Assembly (NCBI GenBank): GCA_963785325.1
Contig: CAWAVC010000012.1
Span: forward strand, 35,455-99,454
Source: an uncultured Bacteroidales bacterium
GTDB lineage: Bacteria; Bacteroidota; Bacteroidia; Bacteroidales; FEN-979
Direction: 5' to 3'
Length of the DNA: 64,000 nt
Position numbers and translations under genes: made by a program. The notes beneath the pieces are model-generated. The model ran no database searches. It worked only from the letters and a program-made list of their open reading frames with translations, and was not told the origin of the DNA. Positions 9,318 to 19,620 of the stretch are shown piece after piece (the first letter of the stretch is position 1; each line of letters begins with the position of its first letter).

Positions 9318-11177
9318 ATGCAAAAGAGCCTCGTTTTTATTCTTCTTTATTTTGTTGTATCCTGGTCTTCATTCAGCCAGGAAATAACGCTTGCCCGGGT
9401 AGAGCCGCCATTCTGGTGGACAGGCTTCAAAAATCCCGAATTACAGCTGCTGATCTATGGCAAGAATATTGGAAAAACAAATCCTTCTATTGTTGCAACA
9501 GGGGTAGAACTTAAAGATGTGCATGTAATGGAAAATCCGGATTATCTTTTCCTGGATATTATCATCTCTAAAAATGCCCAACCTGGCTCCTTTCCTATTG
9601 CCTTCAATAAGGATGGGAAAAAAATAACGGAATATCGTTTTGAACTCAGGAAAAGGAAGGAGGGATCTGCAACACGAAAAAGCTTTGATGCATCAGATGT
9701 GATCTACCTCCTCATGCCTGACCGCTTCTCCAATGGAGATCCTTCAAATGATAACATTGAAGGATACCTGGAAAAGACTGATCGGTCGAACCCGGATGGA
9801 AGGCACGGGGGTGATATCAAAGGGATCATGAACCACCTCGATTACATCAAAGACTTGGGTACAACAGCGATCTGGATCAATCCATTACTGGAAAACAACA
9901 TGGCGAAATATTCCTATCATGGTTATTCCATCACTGATTATTATAAGATCGATCCCCGGTTTGGAAACAATGACGATTACGTGGTACTCTCCAATTCTAT
10001 TCATCAAAAGGGGATGAAGTTGATTATGGATATGGTTTTCAACCATTGCGGGTCGAACCATTGGTGGATGGCCGACCTTCCATGCGAGGACTGGCTTAAC
10101 CAGTTTCCTGAATTTTCGCGTACATCCTATCGTTCCAGTACGGTGACTGATCCTTACCGATCTCAATATGATAGTATTCATTTTGTAACAGGGTGGTTTG
10201 ATGCTACAATGCCCGATCTAAACCAACATAATCCCTTTCTTGCCCGTTATCTCATACAGAACAGCATCTGGTGGATCGAATTCGCAGGGCTTGATGGGAT
10301 CAGGCAAGATACTTATCCATACAGTTTCAAGGACTTCATGTCGGAATGGGACAAGGAAGTGCTCGATGAATATCCTAATTTCAATATCGTAGGTGAATGC
10401 TGGAGCGCTTATCCCGACGGAATTGCTTACTGGCAAAAGGATGCTTTGAACAAAGATCATTTTAATACAAACCTTCCTTCTGTTTTTGATTTTGCAATGT
10501 ATGACGCACTGAAGATGGCATTTAATGAGAAAGATAGCTGGAGTACAGGGATCTTACGACTTTATGAGATCCTCTCCCGTGATTTCGACTATCCTGATCC
10601 GTCACATATTGTCGTATTTGCCGATAGTCATGATGCCGACCGCTACCTTTCCACTCAGGGGCAGGATGTCAGGAAACTGAAGATGGCTATGGCTTTTATC
10701 CTTACCACCCGCGGAATACCGATGGTTTACTATGGAACGGAAGTTCTCCTTACGAGTGACAAAGATAAAAATGGTGACGGTTTCAAACGCGCGGATTTCC
10801 CCGGTGGATGGATAAACGACAGCATCAATGGATTTACCGGAAAAAACATGTCACCTTCGCAACTCGAAATGACTCAGTACCTTAAGCGTTTGCTAAACTG
10901 GAGAAAGGACAAAGAAGTAATACATACCGGCAAATTGAAGCATTTCGTGCCAGAAGAAGGGGTTTATGTATATTTCCGTTACAATGAGAAGGAAACTGTG
11001 ATGATTGCCCTGAATAACAATGAGAATGAGACAAAAACACTTAATAGAAAAAGGTACAGCGAATTTCTCGACCAATTCCAAACAGGAAAAGATGTAATTT
11101 CAGGCCAGACTATCAGTGATATTTCCAAAATTATCATTCAGCCCAAATCAGCAATGATCATTGAATTAAAGAAATAA
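9318..11177 (+). CDS. GH13 cyclomaltodextrinase/neopullulanase (SusA-like), signal peptide
   Basis: N-terminal RVEPPFWW domain; YLLMPDRF, YHGY, DGIRQDT, GECW, DSHD. Confidence 0.9.
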   Translation: MQKSLVFILLYFVVSWSSFSQEITLARVEPPFWWTGFKNPELQLLIYGKNIGKTNPSIVATGVELKDVHVMENPDYLFLDIIISKNAQPGSFPIAFNKDGKKITEYRFELRKRKEGSATRKSFDASDVIYLLMPDRFSNGDPSNDNIEGYLEKTDRSNPDGRHGGDIKGIMNHLDYIKDLGTTAIWINPLLENNMAKYSYHGYSITDYYKIDPRFGNNDDYVVLSNSIHQKGMKLIMDMVFNHCGSNHWWMADLPCEDWLNQFPEFSRTSYRSSTVTDPYRSQYDSIHFVTGWFDATMPDLNQHNPFLARYLIQNSIWWIEFAGLDGIRQDTYPYSFKDFMSEWDKEVLDEYPNFNIVGECWSAYPDGIAYWQKDALNKDHFNTNLPSVFDFAMYDALKMAFNEKDSWSTGILRLYEILSRDFDYPDPSHIVVFADSHDADRYLSTQGQDVRKLKMAMAFILTTRGIPMVYYGTEVLLTSDKDKNGDGFKRADFPGGWINDSINGFTGKNMSPSQLEMTQYLKRLLNWRKDKEVIHTGKLKHFVPEEGVYVYFRYNEKETVMIALNNNENETKTLNRKRYSEFLDQFQTGKDVISGQTISDISKIIIQPKSAMIIELKK

Positions 11178-11187
11178 CGTACAATAT

Positions 11188-11213
11188 AATAATTGAATCG
11201 TAATTCGTAATTT
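11188..11213. repeat. Short array TCGTAATTCGTAATT (reverse complement of the AATTACG family)
   Basis: 11198-11212, just before the MFS start. Confidence 0.6.
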
Positions 11214-11220
11214 AACAAAG

Positions 11221-12468
11221 ATGCTGACGATACAAAAAAAACTGACAAACCTCTTTTATGTGGTGCTCGGCTTACCCTCGACTGCCATGGGTTTTGCATT
11301 ATCAATCCAGATTGCAGTACTGAGTTGGATCCTCCGGACAAAATATCACCTCGAAATTGACCAGATCGGGATCGTTTGGGCAGCCGGCCCGATTGCCGGA
11401 ATTCTTGGACAACCACTTATCGGTCTTATTAGCGATAAAGTTTGGTTCTGGGGAGGAAGGAGACGGCCATTCATCATCATTGGAGGGATCCTAGCAGCAA
11501 TGATGATTTTTGCACTACCAAATATTGACCGTATCAATAATTTCTTTGGGATAGGAAGCCTGATGGCAGTAGCCATCACCGTTGCCCTGACACTTGACCT
11601 GTCTATAAACATTAGTTTCAACCCCACACGATCCATAATTGCCGATGTAACCCCGGCAGGTATAGCCCGAACCAAAGGTTATACCTGGATGCAATCCATC
11701 TCAAATCTCATGGGGAGTGGCGCTTATCTAATTGGAGCGCTGATTGGAAATTATTTTCTGATTTATGCCGGGGTCATCGTAGTATTTCTATTTTCTATCG
11801 GACCCTTGTTTTTCATTACCGAGCCGAGAGAGCTGAAACGTGAATTGGATGAGGCTGGAGATGAGATCCAGGCAACAGAAACAAAATGGGGTGAATTGAT
11901 CAAGCTTTATTTTGCCCATGGATTTTCCTGGCTTGGCATTCAAACGATGTTTATATACATCATTGCATTTATTGAACAAAAGATCCATCCTGAGAATAAC
12001 CTCCAGACCGGACAAATAATCGGATGGTCGTTCTTCATTCTAAATGCCGTGGGATCAATCTGGCCTGCTTTTCTTCTGGAACCTGTGAGCAAAAAGATCG
12101 GCCGTGTAAATACTCACATCCTGGCGGTTGCTTCCATGTCGATCGGATATTTTGGAATTGTTTTTTTCGCACGAAATACTTTCAGCCTTTATGCCCTGAT
12201 GATGATCCTCACCTTTGGATGGGCAGCCATAGTAAGCCTTCCTTTTGCAATCATGTCTGAGAAAGTCGATAAAAGCAGGATGGGATTTTTCATGGGAATC
12301 TTCAACTTGTCCGTAGTATTACCTCAATTGATCTCCAGTTTTTTGATCGGACGGGTTGTTAATCATTTCGTTGATAAAAGTCTAATTTTTATCATTAGCG
12401 GAATATCGCTGGCCATTTCTGCTTTACTTTGGATATTGGTAACTGACGAATCAAGAAAGAAAATATGA
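11221..12468 (+). CDS. Second MFS sugar transporter (SLC45/GPH-like)
   Basis: SDKVWFWGGRRRPF, FNPTRSIIAD and GFFMGIFNLSVVLPQ motifs. Confidence 0.85.
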   Translation: MLTIQKKLTNLFYVVLGLPSTAMGFALSIQIAVLSWILRTKYHLEIDQIGIVWAAGPIAGILGQPLIGLISDKVWFWGGRRRPFIIIGGILAAMMIFALPNIDRINNFFGIGSLMAVAITVALTLDLSINISFNPTRSIIADVTPAGIARTKGYTWMQSISNLMGSGAYLIGALIGNYFLIYAGVIVVFLFSIGPLFFITEPRELKRELDEAGDEIQATETKWGELIKLYFAHGFSWLGIQTMFIYIIAFIEQKIHPENNLQTGQIIGWSFFILNAVGSIWPAFLLEPVSKKIGRVNTHILAVASMSIGYFGIVFFARNTFSLYALMMILTFGWAAIVSLPFAIMSEKVDKSRMGFFMGIFNLSVVLPQLISSFLIGRVVNHFVDKSLIFIISGISLAISALLWILVTDESRKKI

Positions 12469-14489
12469 AAAGAAAACGGAAGGTCGGACTGGTTGCAAAA
12501 GACCCATGGCTGAAACCTGCCGAGTCTGAGATTTGCGCCAGGTACGACAGGTACAAGCGGATCTTTGAAGAACTTAAAAGTACCTGGGGCAGTTTATTGA
12601 AATTCGCTGATGCATACCACTACTTCGGGATCCATTATGATAAAGAGCGCAAAGGCTGGGTTTATCGCGAATGGGCCCCAAAAGCACAAGACCTCTATTT
12701 TTTTGGCGACTTTAACTCCTGGCAACGATATTCGCACCGGATGGCCAGAAATCAATATGGCGTATGGGAAATATTTCTTGATAAAGCGACATACAAAGAC
12801 CGCTTCACCCACGGAAGCTTAGTGAAAGTGATGGTTCATTCAGACCTCGGATTCCAGGAAAGGATCCCGGCCTATATCCAACGCGTAGTCCAGGATCCCG
12901 TAACACTTAATTTCACCGGTCAGGTCTGGCTTCCTCATGAGAAATTCGATTGGGAAGGCGATCATTTTAATATAAAGCAACTCGGGGAGTTGTTCATTTA
13001 TGAATGTCATGTAGGAATGGCTCAGGAAGAGGAAAAAGTTGGGACATTCATCGAATTTGCTGATGCTCTTATTCCTTATATAAAAAACTCAGGATACAAC
13101 ACCATCCAATTGATGGCTATCGCTGAACATCCTTATTATGCTTCCTTTGGCTATCATGTTTCAAACTTTTTTGCTGTTTCTTCCCGCTTTGGTACTCCCA
13201 TCGACCTAAAATACCTTATCCGGAAAGCGCATGAGCAAGGGCTGGCCGTCATAATGGATCTTGTTCATTCCCATACCGTTAAAAATGTTGCCGAAGGTTT
13301 AAATATGTTTGATGGATCGGATAACCAGTACTTTCATGCCGGCGAACGCGGCAATCATCCTTATTGGGATTCAAAATGCTTTGATTATGGGAAGAGGGAA
13401 GTGCTTAGATTCCTCTTATCCAATATAAAATTCTGGATGCAGGAATTTCATTTCGATGGATTCCGATTTGATGGAGTCACTTCCATGCTATATTTTGATC
13501 ACGGGTTCCGCAACACTTGGGGTCTTGACGGATATTTCAGGGAGGGCGTGGAATGGGATGCAATCACCTACCTTCAATTAGCCAATAAACTTGTTCATAC
13601 CCTTAACCCAAATGCTGTGACCATTGCCGAAGATGTCAGTGGAATGCCTGGAATTGCCAGACCAATTATAGAAGGAGGAATCGGGTTTGATTACAGGCTC
13701 GGGATGGCTATTCCTGATTTCTGGATCAAACTATTGAAAGAAAAGGTTGATGAAGCATGGAACCTGGATGAGATGTTCAAGGTGATGACAAACCGGCTTC
13801 CGGAGGTTAAAACCGTGGCTTATTGCGAATCGCATGATCAAGCCCTGGTTGGTGACCAGACTATCGCTTTCCGCCTGATGCAAAGTAATATTTATTTTCA
13901 TATGCAGAAAGAGGACAAAAATATTGCAATCGATCGCGGGATGGCCTTGCATAAAATGATCCGTTTATTTACAATTGCTTTGGGAGGACAAGCTTATCTC
14001 AACTTTATGGGTAACGAATTCGGTCATCCCGACTGGATCGACTTTCCCAGGGAGGGTAACAAATGGTCATACAAGTATGCTCGCAGGATGTGGTCTCTGG
14101 TGCAAAATCCGAACCTCAAGTACCATTATCTGGGTGCCTTCGATAACGACATGCTGAAGTTGGCTAAAGACTATTCTCTTTTAAACATGGAATACGGGAA
14201 TCAGCTTTACCTGGATGATTGGAACAAAACACTTGTCTTTGAGAAGAATGACTTGATCTTTATATTCAACTTTCATGTGAATCATTCCCTTCCGGATTAT
14301 GATTTCATCGTTAAGGAGCCAGGGGATTACAAGATTATTCTCAATACTGATAATCCTAAATATGACGGGCATGGAAGGATTGATGAAAAGACCATTTTTA
14401 TCACTCAATATAATGAGAAGAAAAAAGTTCACAAGCTGAAGATCTATAATACGAATAGAACGGCCCTGGTTTTAGAAAGAATAAAATAA
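12465..14489 (+). CDS. glgB: 1,4-alpha-glucan branching enzyme (GH13_8 type)
   Basis: YREWAPKA, EHPYYASFGYHVSNF, DGFRFDGVTSM, AEDVSGMP, ESHDQALVGD, FMGNEFGHP. Confidence 0.95.
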   Translation: MKRKRKVGLVAKDPWLKPAESEICARYDRYKRIFEELKSTWGSLLKFADAYHYFGIHYDKERKGWVYREWAPKAQDLYFFGDFNSWQRYSHRMARNQYGVWEIFLDKATYKDRFTHGSLVKVMVHSDLGFQERIPAYIQRVVQDPVTLNFTGQVWLPHEKFDWEGDHFNIKQLGELFIYECHVGMAQEEEKVGTFIEFADALIPYIKNSGYNTIQLMAIAEHPYYASFGYHVSNFFAVSSRFGTPIDLKYLIRKAHEQGLAVIMDLVHSHTVKNVAEGLNMFDGSDNQYFHAGERGNHPYWDSKCFDYGKREVLRFLLSNIKFWMQEFHFDGFRFDGVTSMLYFDHGFRNTWGLDGYFREGVEWDAITYLQLANKLVHTLNPNAVTIAEDVSGMPGIARPIIEGGIGFDYRLGMAIPDFWIKLLKEKVDEAWNLDEMFKVMTNRLPEVKTVAYCESHDQALVGDQTIAFRLMQSNIYFHMQKEDKNIAIDRGMALHKMIRLFTIALGGQAYLNFMGNEFGHPDWIDFPREGNKWSYKYARRMWSLVQNPNLKYHYLGAFDNDMLKLAKDYSLLNMEYGNQLYLDDWNKTLVFEKNDLIFIFNFHVNHSLPDYDFIVKEPGDYKIILNTDNPKYDGHGRIDEKTIFITQYNEKKKVHKLKIYNTNRTALVLERIK

Positions 14490-14500
14490 TAATCCAAAAG

Positions 14501-15638
14501 ATGAAAAAGGCTTTTCTTATTCTTTTTTTACTGCTTTCCCAAACAATCTTTGCAGGGAATTTTGAACGATTCATAAACTATTTAAATCTGTTACCGTTGC
14601 ATGAAAGAAAGTCGAAAGCCGACAGTTTCATGAAAGCACATCACGTCTTCCCTTTAATTGAAAAAGATACGGCTGTAACTTTTATATACGAGGGAGAGGC
14701 TAAGAGCACAAAAATTGCCGGAGATTTTACCGGTTGGAGTCCGTCTATTTCTATGACGGGTGTTGCCGGAACCAACTTCTTATACAGCACCACTCATTTT
14801 GAAGCAAATGCCAGGCTGGAATATAAATTTATCATTGACGGCAAATGGATTCTTGATCCAAAAAATACCGACAGTATCAAAGGTGGCATGGGAACTAACT
14901 CGGAATTAAAAATGCCTGAATATGTAACTCCTCAGGAAATTTATTTTTACCCGGGTATCCCGCATGGAACCATACTGGATACTTCTTTTTTCAGCGATCA
15001 ACTGAACAACAGCAGGCCGGTAAAGATATATTTACCTCCGGGATATTCAGTGAAGAAGCAATATCCGGTCATTTTATTTCATGATGGTTTAGAATTTGTT
15101 TCATTGGCTGATATTCTAAATACCCTGGATTACTTAATTGCACACCATGAAATAGAACCAGTGGTTGGGGTATTTGTTCCTCCAGTTGATCGCAATAATG
15201 AATATGGCGGAACAAAAAAAGATGAGTTTACAGAATTCATTGTCAAAGAACTTATGCCGATAATTGACCGGAAGTATTCCACAAGTAAGGACCCTTCCAA
15301 ACGAGCTACTTTTGGCATTTCCGAAGGAGGAAATATTGCTCTTTACATTGGTATGAAACATCCGGAAACATTTGGTAAGGTTGCGGCGATGTCGAGTGAT
15401 GTTCAGACTGTCATATCCATGGGATTTCAAAAGTCTGCAAAAATGAACCTGGAATTTTACCTGGATATCGGGAAATATGATCTCCCTGTATTAATTCCTC
15501 TGGTCAATAAGTTTATAAAAATACTTCAGAACAAACATTATTGTTACCAGTTCAGACAATGGAATGAAGGTCATTCCTGGGGCAATTGGAAAACACATGT
15601 GGGAGGTCCCTCTCCGGCAGTTCTTTCCTCCGGAGTGA
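14501..15638 (+). CDS. Secreted CBM48 + alpha/beta-hydrolase esterase (CE1/Fes-like); probable +1 error at ~15602 near the C-terminus
   Basis: IAGDFTGW..EYKFIIDGKWILDP (CBM48); GISEGG nucleophile elbow; EGHSW; removing one G gives HVEVPLRQFFPPE-stop at 15638 (raw ORF runs to 15664). Confidence 0.8.
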
Positions 15639-15687
15639 CAAAATCATTAAAAAAAATAAAATAAACCTCCTATATTAATTCAAATCA

Positions 15688-18087
15688 ATGATTATGCAAA
15701 AGAAACTGAACTTTATCAAAGGAATCGTGTTTCTGTCATGCATCGCCCTTTTGCCAGGGTGTGCTAACCATGAAGATATTAAAGCTCCCGATAAACCTGA
15801 AATTACCGGGGTTGCAAATCCAATTGTAATGCAGCCAGATTCGACCACAATTATTTTGGGAGATTATTTTCTTCATCCTAAATCTATCGACTCCATTATT
15901 ACGGATAAAAATCTTTCATGGCGAATCTCCCATGATTCAACAGAGCTCACGCTCACTCAGCAGGAAAAATCCGTTCCTCGCTTATCGTTAATGAAAGTAT
16001 GGATTGGTGGGTATTGCTACTCTTTGCTTCTGGAAAAGTCACGCAAGATATGGCAGCACATTACTTTTGACCCCAAAGATAAAAAGTACAAGAATGTAGA
16101 AATTGCCGGTGATATGAATGAGTGGACTCCTGGCCGATCGCCTATGCATCTAAAAAATGGCATCTGGCAGACTGATTTCCTGCTATTCCCGGGTAAATAT
16201 CAGTACAAACTCGTGCTTGATAAGAAATGGGTGATTGATCCCGGAAATCCTGAAAGTGTTGACAATAACATAGGTGGAACCAATTCACTGCTTCGGGTCG
16301 GGGCGATTAATCCTTCCGGTGCGCCAAATCTATATACGGCAAAAGCTGACAAAGACAAGATCACCATCGGGATAAGGAATAAAACGAAAGAAATCTTTGT
16401 CTTCTGGCAGAATTACCTGCTTAATGAAAAATTCTGGAAACTGGACAGCACTGGGATTAAGATTAAGATCCCTTTAAAGGCAAGAAACATGGAACGTTCA
16501 TATATCAGGGTATGGGCATTCAACGCTGCCGGAACTTCAAATGAAATTCTTATTCCTTTGGAAGAAGGTCGCATCATAACTAATCCCGCCAAACTAACAC
16601 GCCAGGATAAACAGACTATGATCATGTATTTTCTGATGGTTGACCGGTTCCGGAATGGTGACCCGAAAAACGATGCACCATTGAATGACAGGGATGTGGA
16701 TAAAAAACTGAATTTTCAGGGAGGTGACCTTAGGGGAATTGTCCAGACCATTGAAAACGGTTACTTCAAAGAGTTGGGCATCAATACCCTTTGGATCTCC
16801 CCAATCACACAGAATCCCAAAGATGCCTGGAATGAATACCCTGCTCCTCACCGGAAATTCTCTGGCTATCACGGTTATTGGCCTTTGACCCTCACCACCA
16901 TAGACACCCGGTTCGGGACACCGGATGACCTGAAGGCTCTGGTCAGTGATGCTCATGGCAACAATATGAATATAATCCTTGATTATGTTTCAAATCATAT
17001 TCACCAGGAATGTAAAGTTTATAAAGACCATCCCGATTGGGTAACGCCGCTCCTCCTTCCGAATGGAAAGAAGAACATCCGGCTTTGGGACGAACAGCGA
17101 CTTACTACATGGTTTGATGAATTCCTCCCGACCCTTGACCTCTCCAAACCGGAAGTCTGCAATATGATGTCTGATTCAGCCCTTTATTGGATTAAAACCT
17201 ATGAGTTAGACGGATTCCGTCATGACGCTACGAAGCACATCCCTGAGGTTTATTGGAGAACACTGACAAAAAAACTTAAGAACCAGGTCATCATTCCTGA
17301 TAACCGGCCTATTTACCAGATCGGTGAAACCTTTGGCAGCCGTGACCTTATCAATAGTTATATCAATCCCGGAGGATTGGATGCACAGTTTGATTTTGGA
17401 TTGTATTTTGATGCACGTAATGCATTCGCCAGAGAGAATTCATCCTTTAAAGACCTGAACTATTCTCTTCAGGAGAGTTTCAGCTATTTTGGCGAACATT
17501 CGCTGATGGGGAATATCACTGGTAATCAGGATCTTTCACGGTTTATTTCGTTTGCAAGCGGAGCGCTCAGTTTTAATGAAAATGATCAGCAAGCAGGATG
17601 GGAAAGGGATATCGAAGTAAAAGATACTTCAGGTTATGGCCGGCTGGCATCACTGATGGCCTTTAACATGACCATCCCGGGAATCCCTATTATTTATTAT
17701 GGTGATGAATTTGGGATGCCGGGAGCCGGCGATCCGGATAACCGGAGGATGATGCGGTTTGACAACCTTTCACCCCAGGAAAAGCAGCTAAAAAACACGG
17801 TTGAGAAGCTGACTCACCTTCGCAGCACTTCTATGCCATTATTGTACGGTGATTTTAAAACCATTGAAACAGGAGACAAGACTTATGTTTACATGAGGAC
17901 ATACTTTGATAAAGTGGTATTCGTGATCTTCAATAAAGACAAAGCATCCCGGAAAATTGAGATTGCAATCCCCGAAAGATTTATAGGGACCAAACTGCTC
18001 AATCAATTCGGATCTGATGCCAAAGTTAAAAAAGACAAGATAACACTGAATCTGAAAGGAAATTCGTTTGAGATAATTACAAACTAA
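15688..18087 (+). CDS. GH13 alpha-amylase-family lipoprotein with internal CBM48
   Basis: Lipobox LPGC; IAGDMNEW..YQYKLVLD; GYHGYW, DGFRHDATKH, GETF, GNQD. Confidence 0.88.
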   Translation: MIMQKKLNFIKGIVFLSCIALLPGCANHEDIKAPDKPEITGVANPIVMQPDSTTIILGDYFLHPKSIDSIITDKNLSWRISHDSTELTLTQQEKSVPRLSLMKVWIGGYCYSLLLEKSRKIWQHITFDPKDKKYKNVEIAGDMNEWTPGRSPMHLKNGIWQTDFLLFPGKYQYKLVLDKKWVIDPGNPESVDNNIGGTNSLLRVGAINPSGAPNLYTAKADKDKITIGIRNKTKEIFVFWQNYLLNEKFWKLDSTGIKIKIPLKARNMERSYIRVWAFNAAGTSNEILIPLEEGRIITNPAKLTRQDKQTMIMYFLMVDRFRNGDPKNDAPLNDRDVDKKLNFQGGDLRGIVQTIENGYFKELGINTLWISPITQNPKDAWNEYPAPHRKFSGYHGYWPLTLTTIDTRFGTPDDLKALVSDAHGNNMNIILDYVSNHIHQECKVYKDHPDWVTPLLLPNGKKNIRLWDEQRLTTWFDEFLPTLDLSKPEVCNMMSDSALYWIKTYELDGFRHDATKHIPEVYWRTLTKKLKNQVIIPDNRPIYQIGETFGSRDLINSYINPGGLDAQFDFGLYFDARNAFARENSSFKDLNYSLQESFSYFGEHSLMGNITGNQDLSRFISFASGALSFNENDQQAGWERDIEVKDTSGYGRLASLMAFNMTIPGIPIIYYGDEFGMPGAGDPDNRRMMRFDNLSPQEKQLKNTVEKLTHLRSTSMPLLYGDFKTIETGDKTYVYMRTYFDKVVFVIFNKDKASRKIEIAIPERFIGTKLLNQFGSDAKVKKDKITLNLKGNSFEIITN

Positions 18088-18102
18088 TAAACTTATAACC
18101 TT

Positions 18103-19488
18103 ATGAACAAAACAGACTTCATTCAGCAATTACCGAAAATCCTTGCTTTCATCTTGCTGATAGCTGCAGGGATTGTAATTTGGTCATGTGCCGGTTTCAG
18201 CGGGGAAACTTCAAAACGCGAACTTATTCACCCGGAGTGGGCAAAGAATGCGGTACTATACGAAGTTAACGTCAGACAATATACGCCAGAAGGCACATTC
18301 AAAGCCTTTGAAAAGCATCTTTCACGCCTGAAAGCGATGGGCATAGATATTCTCTGGTTGATGCCGGTCAACCCAATCGGGATAAAAAACCGGAAAGGAA
18401 CACTTGGAAGCTACTATTCAGTAAAAGATTACCTGGCAGTGAACCCTGAATACGGTACAAAAGATGATCTGAAGGAATTGGTTAACAAAGCGCATGAGCT
18501 TGGCATGCACGTGATTATCGATTGGGTTGCCAATCATACATCCTGGGATAACAACCTGATCACGGAACACCCTGACTGGTATAAACATGATTCAACCGGT
18601 AAGATTATTCCACCGGTTCCCGACTGGACCGATGTGGCCGGTCTGAATTATACGAAAAAAGAATTGCGCGAATACATGACCAGTGCATTAATTTACTGGG
18701 TAAGGGAAGCCGACATTGACGGTTTTCGGTGCGATGTTGCAGGGATGTTGCCAGTCAGCTTCTGGAATGAAGCAGTTCCAAAGATCAAAGCGGTAAAGCA
18801 TGTTTTCATGCTGGCAGAATGGGAAACTCCTGAAATGCATGATACAGCTTTTGACATGACCTATTCATGGAATGCATATCAGGTAATGAATGCTATTGCT
18901 AAAGGCAAGAGAACTGCACATGCAATTGATTCAGTATTAAAATCGGATTCTGCCAAATATCCAGCCGATGCTATCCGTATGCGGTTCACTACAAATCATG
19001 ATGAGAACTCCTGGAACGGAACAGAATATACACGGTTGGGCGACGCTGCAAAGACATTCGCCGTGTTATGTTTCACTTTGCCTGGTATGCCATTGATCTA
19101 TAGTGGACAAGAATCGGCCTTTAACAGAAGTCTTAAATTTTTTGATAAAGACATTATTGATTGGGACAATTATTCCATGGCAGACTTTTATTCTCAGTTA
19201 GGTAAACTAAAAAAAGAGAACATGGCTTTATCTGCAGGATCTGCCGGAGGAAAAATGATTAAAGTTGCCTCTGATAATGATAATAATGTTTATTCCTTTT
19301 TACGAAAGAAAGATAATAATACTGTTTTTGTCATTCTTAACCTCTCATCTGTCGAACAAAAAGCGACCCTGAAAGGGAACAGCTATGAGGGAGATTATAA
19401 AAGTCTTTTCGAAAATAAAGATATTCATCTTGATGGTTCCCTCTCAGTAACCCTGAAACCATGGGAGTATAGAGTATATTACAGATAA
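18103..19488 (+). CDS. GH13 alpha-amylase (lipoprotein-like)
   Basis: LYEVNVRQYTPEG, DWVANH, DGFRCDVA, AEW, TNHDEN. Confidence 0.9.
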   Translation: MNKTDFIQQLPKILAFILLIAAGIVIWSCAGFSGETSKRELIHPEWAKNAVLYEVNVRQYTPEGTFKAFEKHLSRLKAMGIDILWLMPVNPIGIKNRKGTLGSYYSVKDYLAVNPEYGTKDDLKELVNKAHELGMHVIIDWVANHTSWDNNLITEHPDWYKHDSTGKIIPPVPDWTDVAGLNYTKKELREYMTSALIYWVREADIDGFRCDVAGMLPVSFWNEAVPKIKAVKHVFMLAEWETPEMHDTAFDMTYSWNAYQVMNAIAKGKRTAHAIDSVLKSDSAKYPADAIRMRFTTNHDENSWNGTEYTRLGDAAKTFAVLCFTLPGMPLIYSGQESAFNRSLKFFDKDIIDWDNYSMADFYSQLGKLKKENMALSAGSAGGKMIKVASDNDNNVYSFLRKKDNNTVFVILNLSSVEQKATLKGNSYEGDYKSLFENKDIHLDGSLSVTLKPWEYRVYYR

Positions 19489-19561
19489 TTACGAATTACG
19501 AATTACGAAAGCAACCGCTACCTATCTGCTCCCAACACCTAATACCAAATACCCAATACCA
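19487..19561. repeat. AATTACG x3 followed by C-rich heptamers (CCAACAC/CTAATAC/CAAATAC/CCAATAC)
   Basis: Units read directly; first unit overlaps the GH13 TAA stop. Confidence 0.85.
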
Positions 19562-19600
19562 AAAAAGAAGCTACCTCAACCTAATGAGGTAGCCTCTTTT
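19561..19600. terminator. Bidirectional intrinsic terminator between convergent GH13 and susE
   Basis: GCTACCTCA / TGAGGTAGC stem with A-run on the left and T-run on the right. Confidence 0.8.
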
Positions 19601-19620
19601 CAGGATTAAAATCATTAAGA

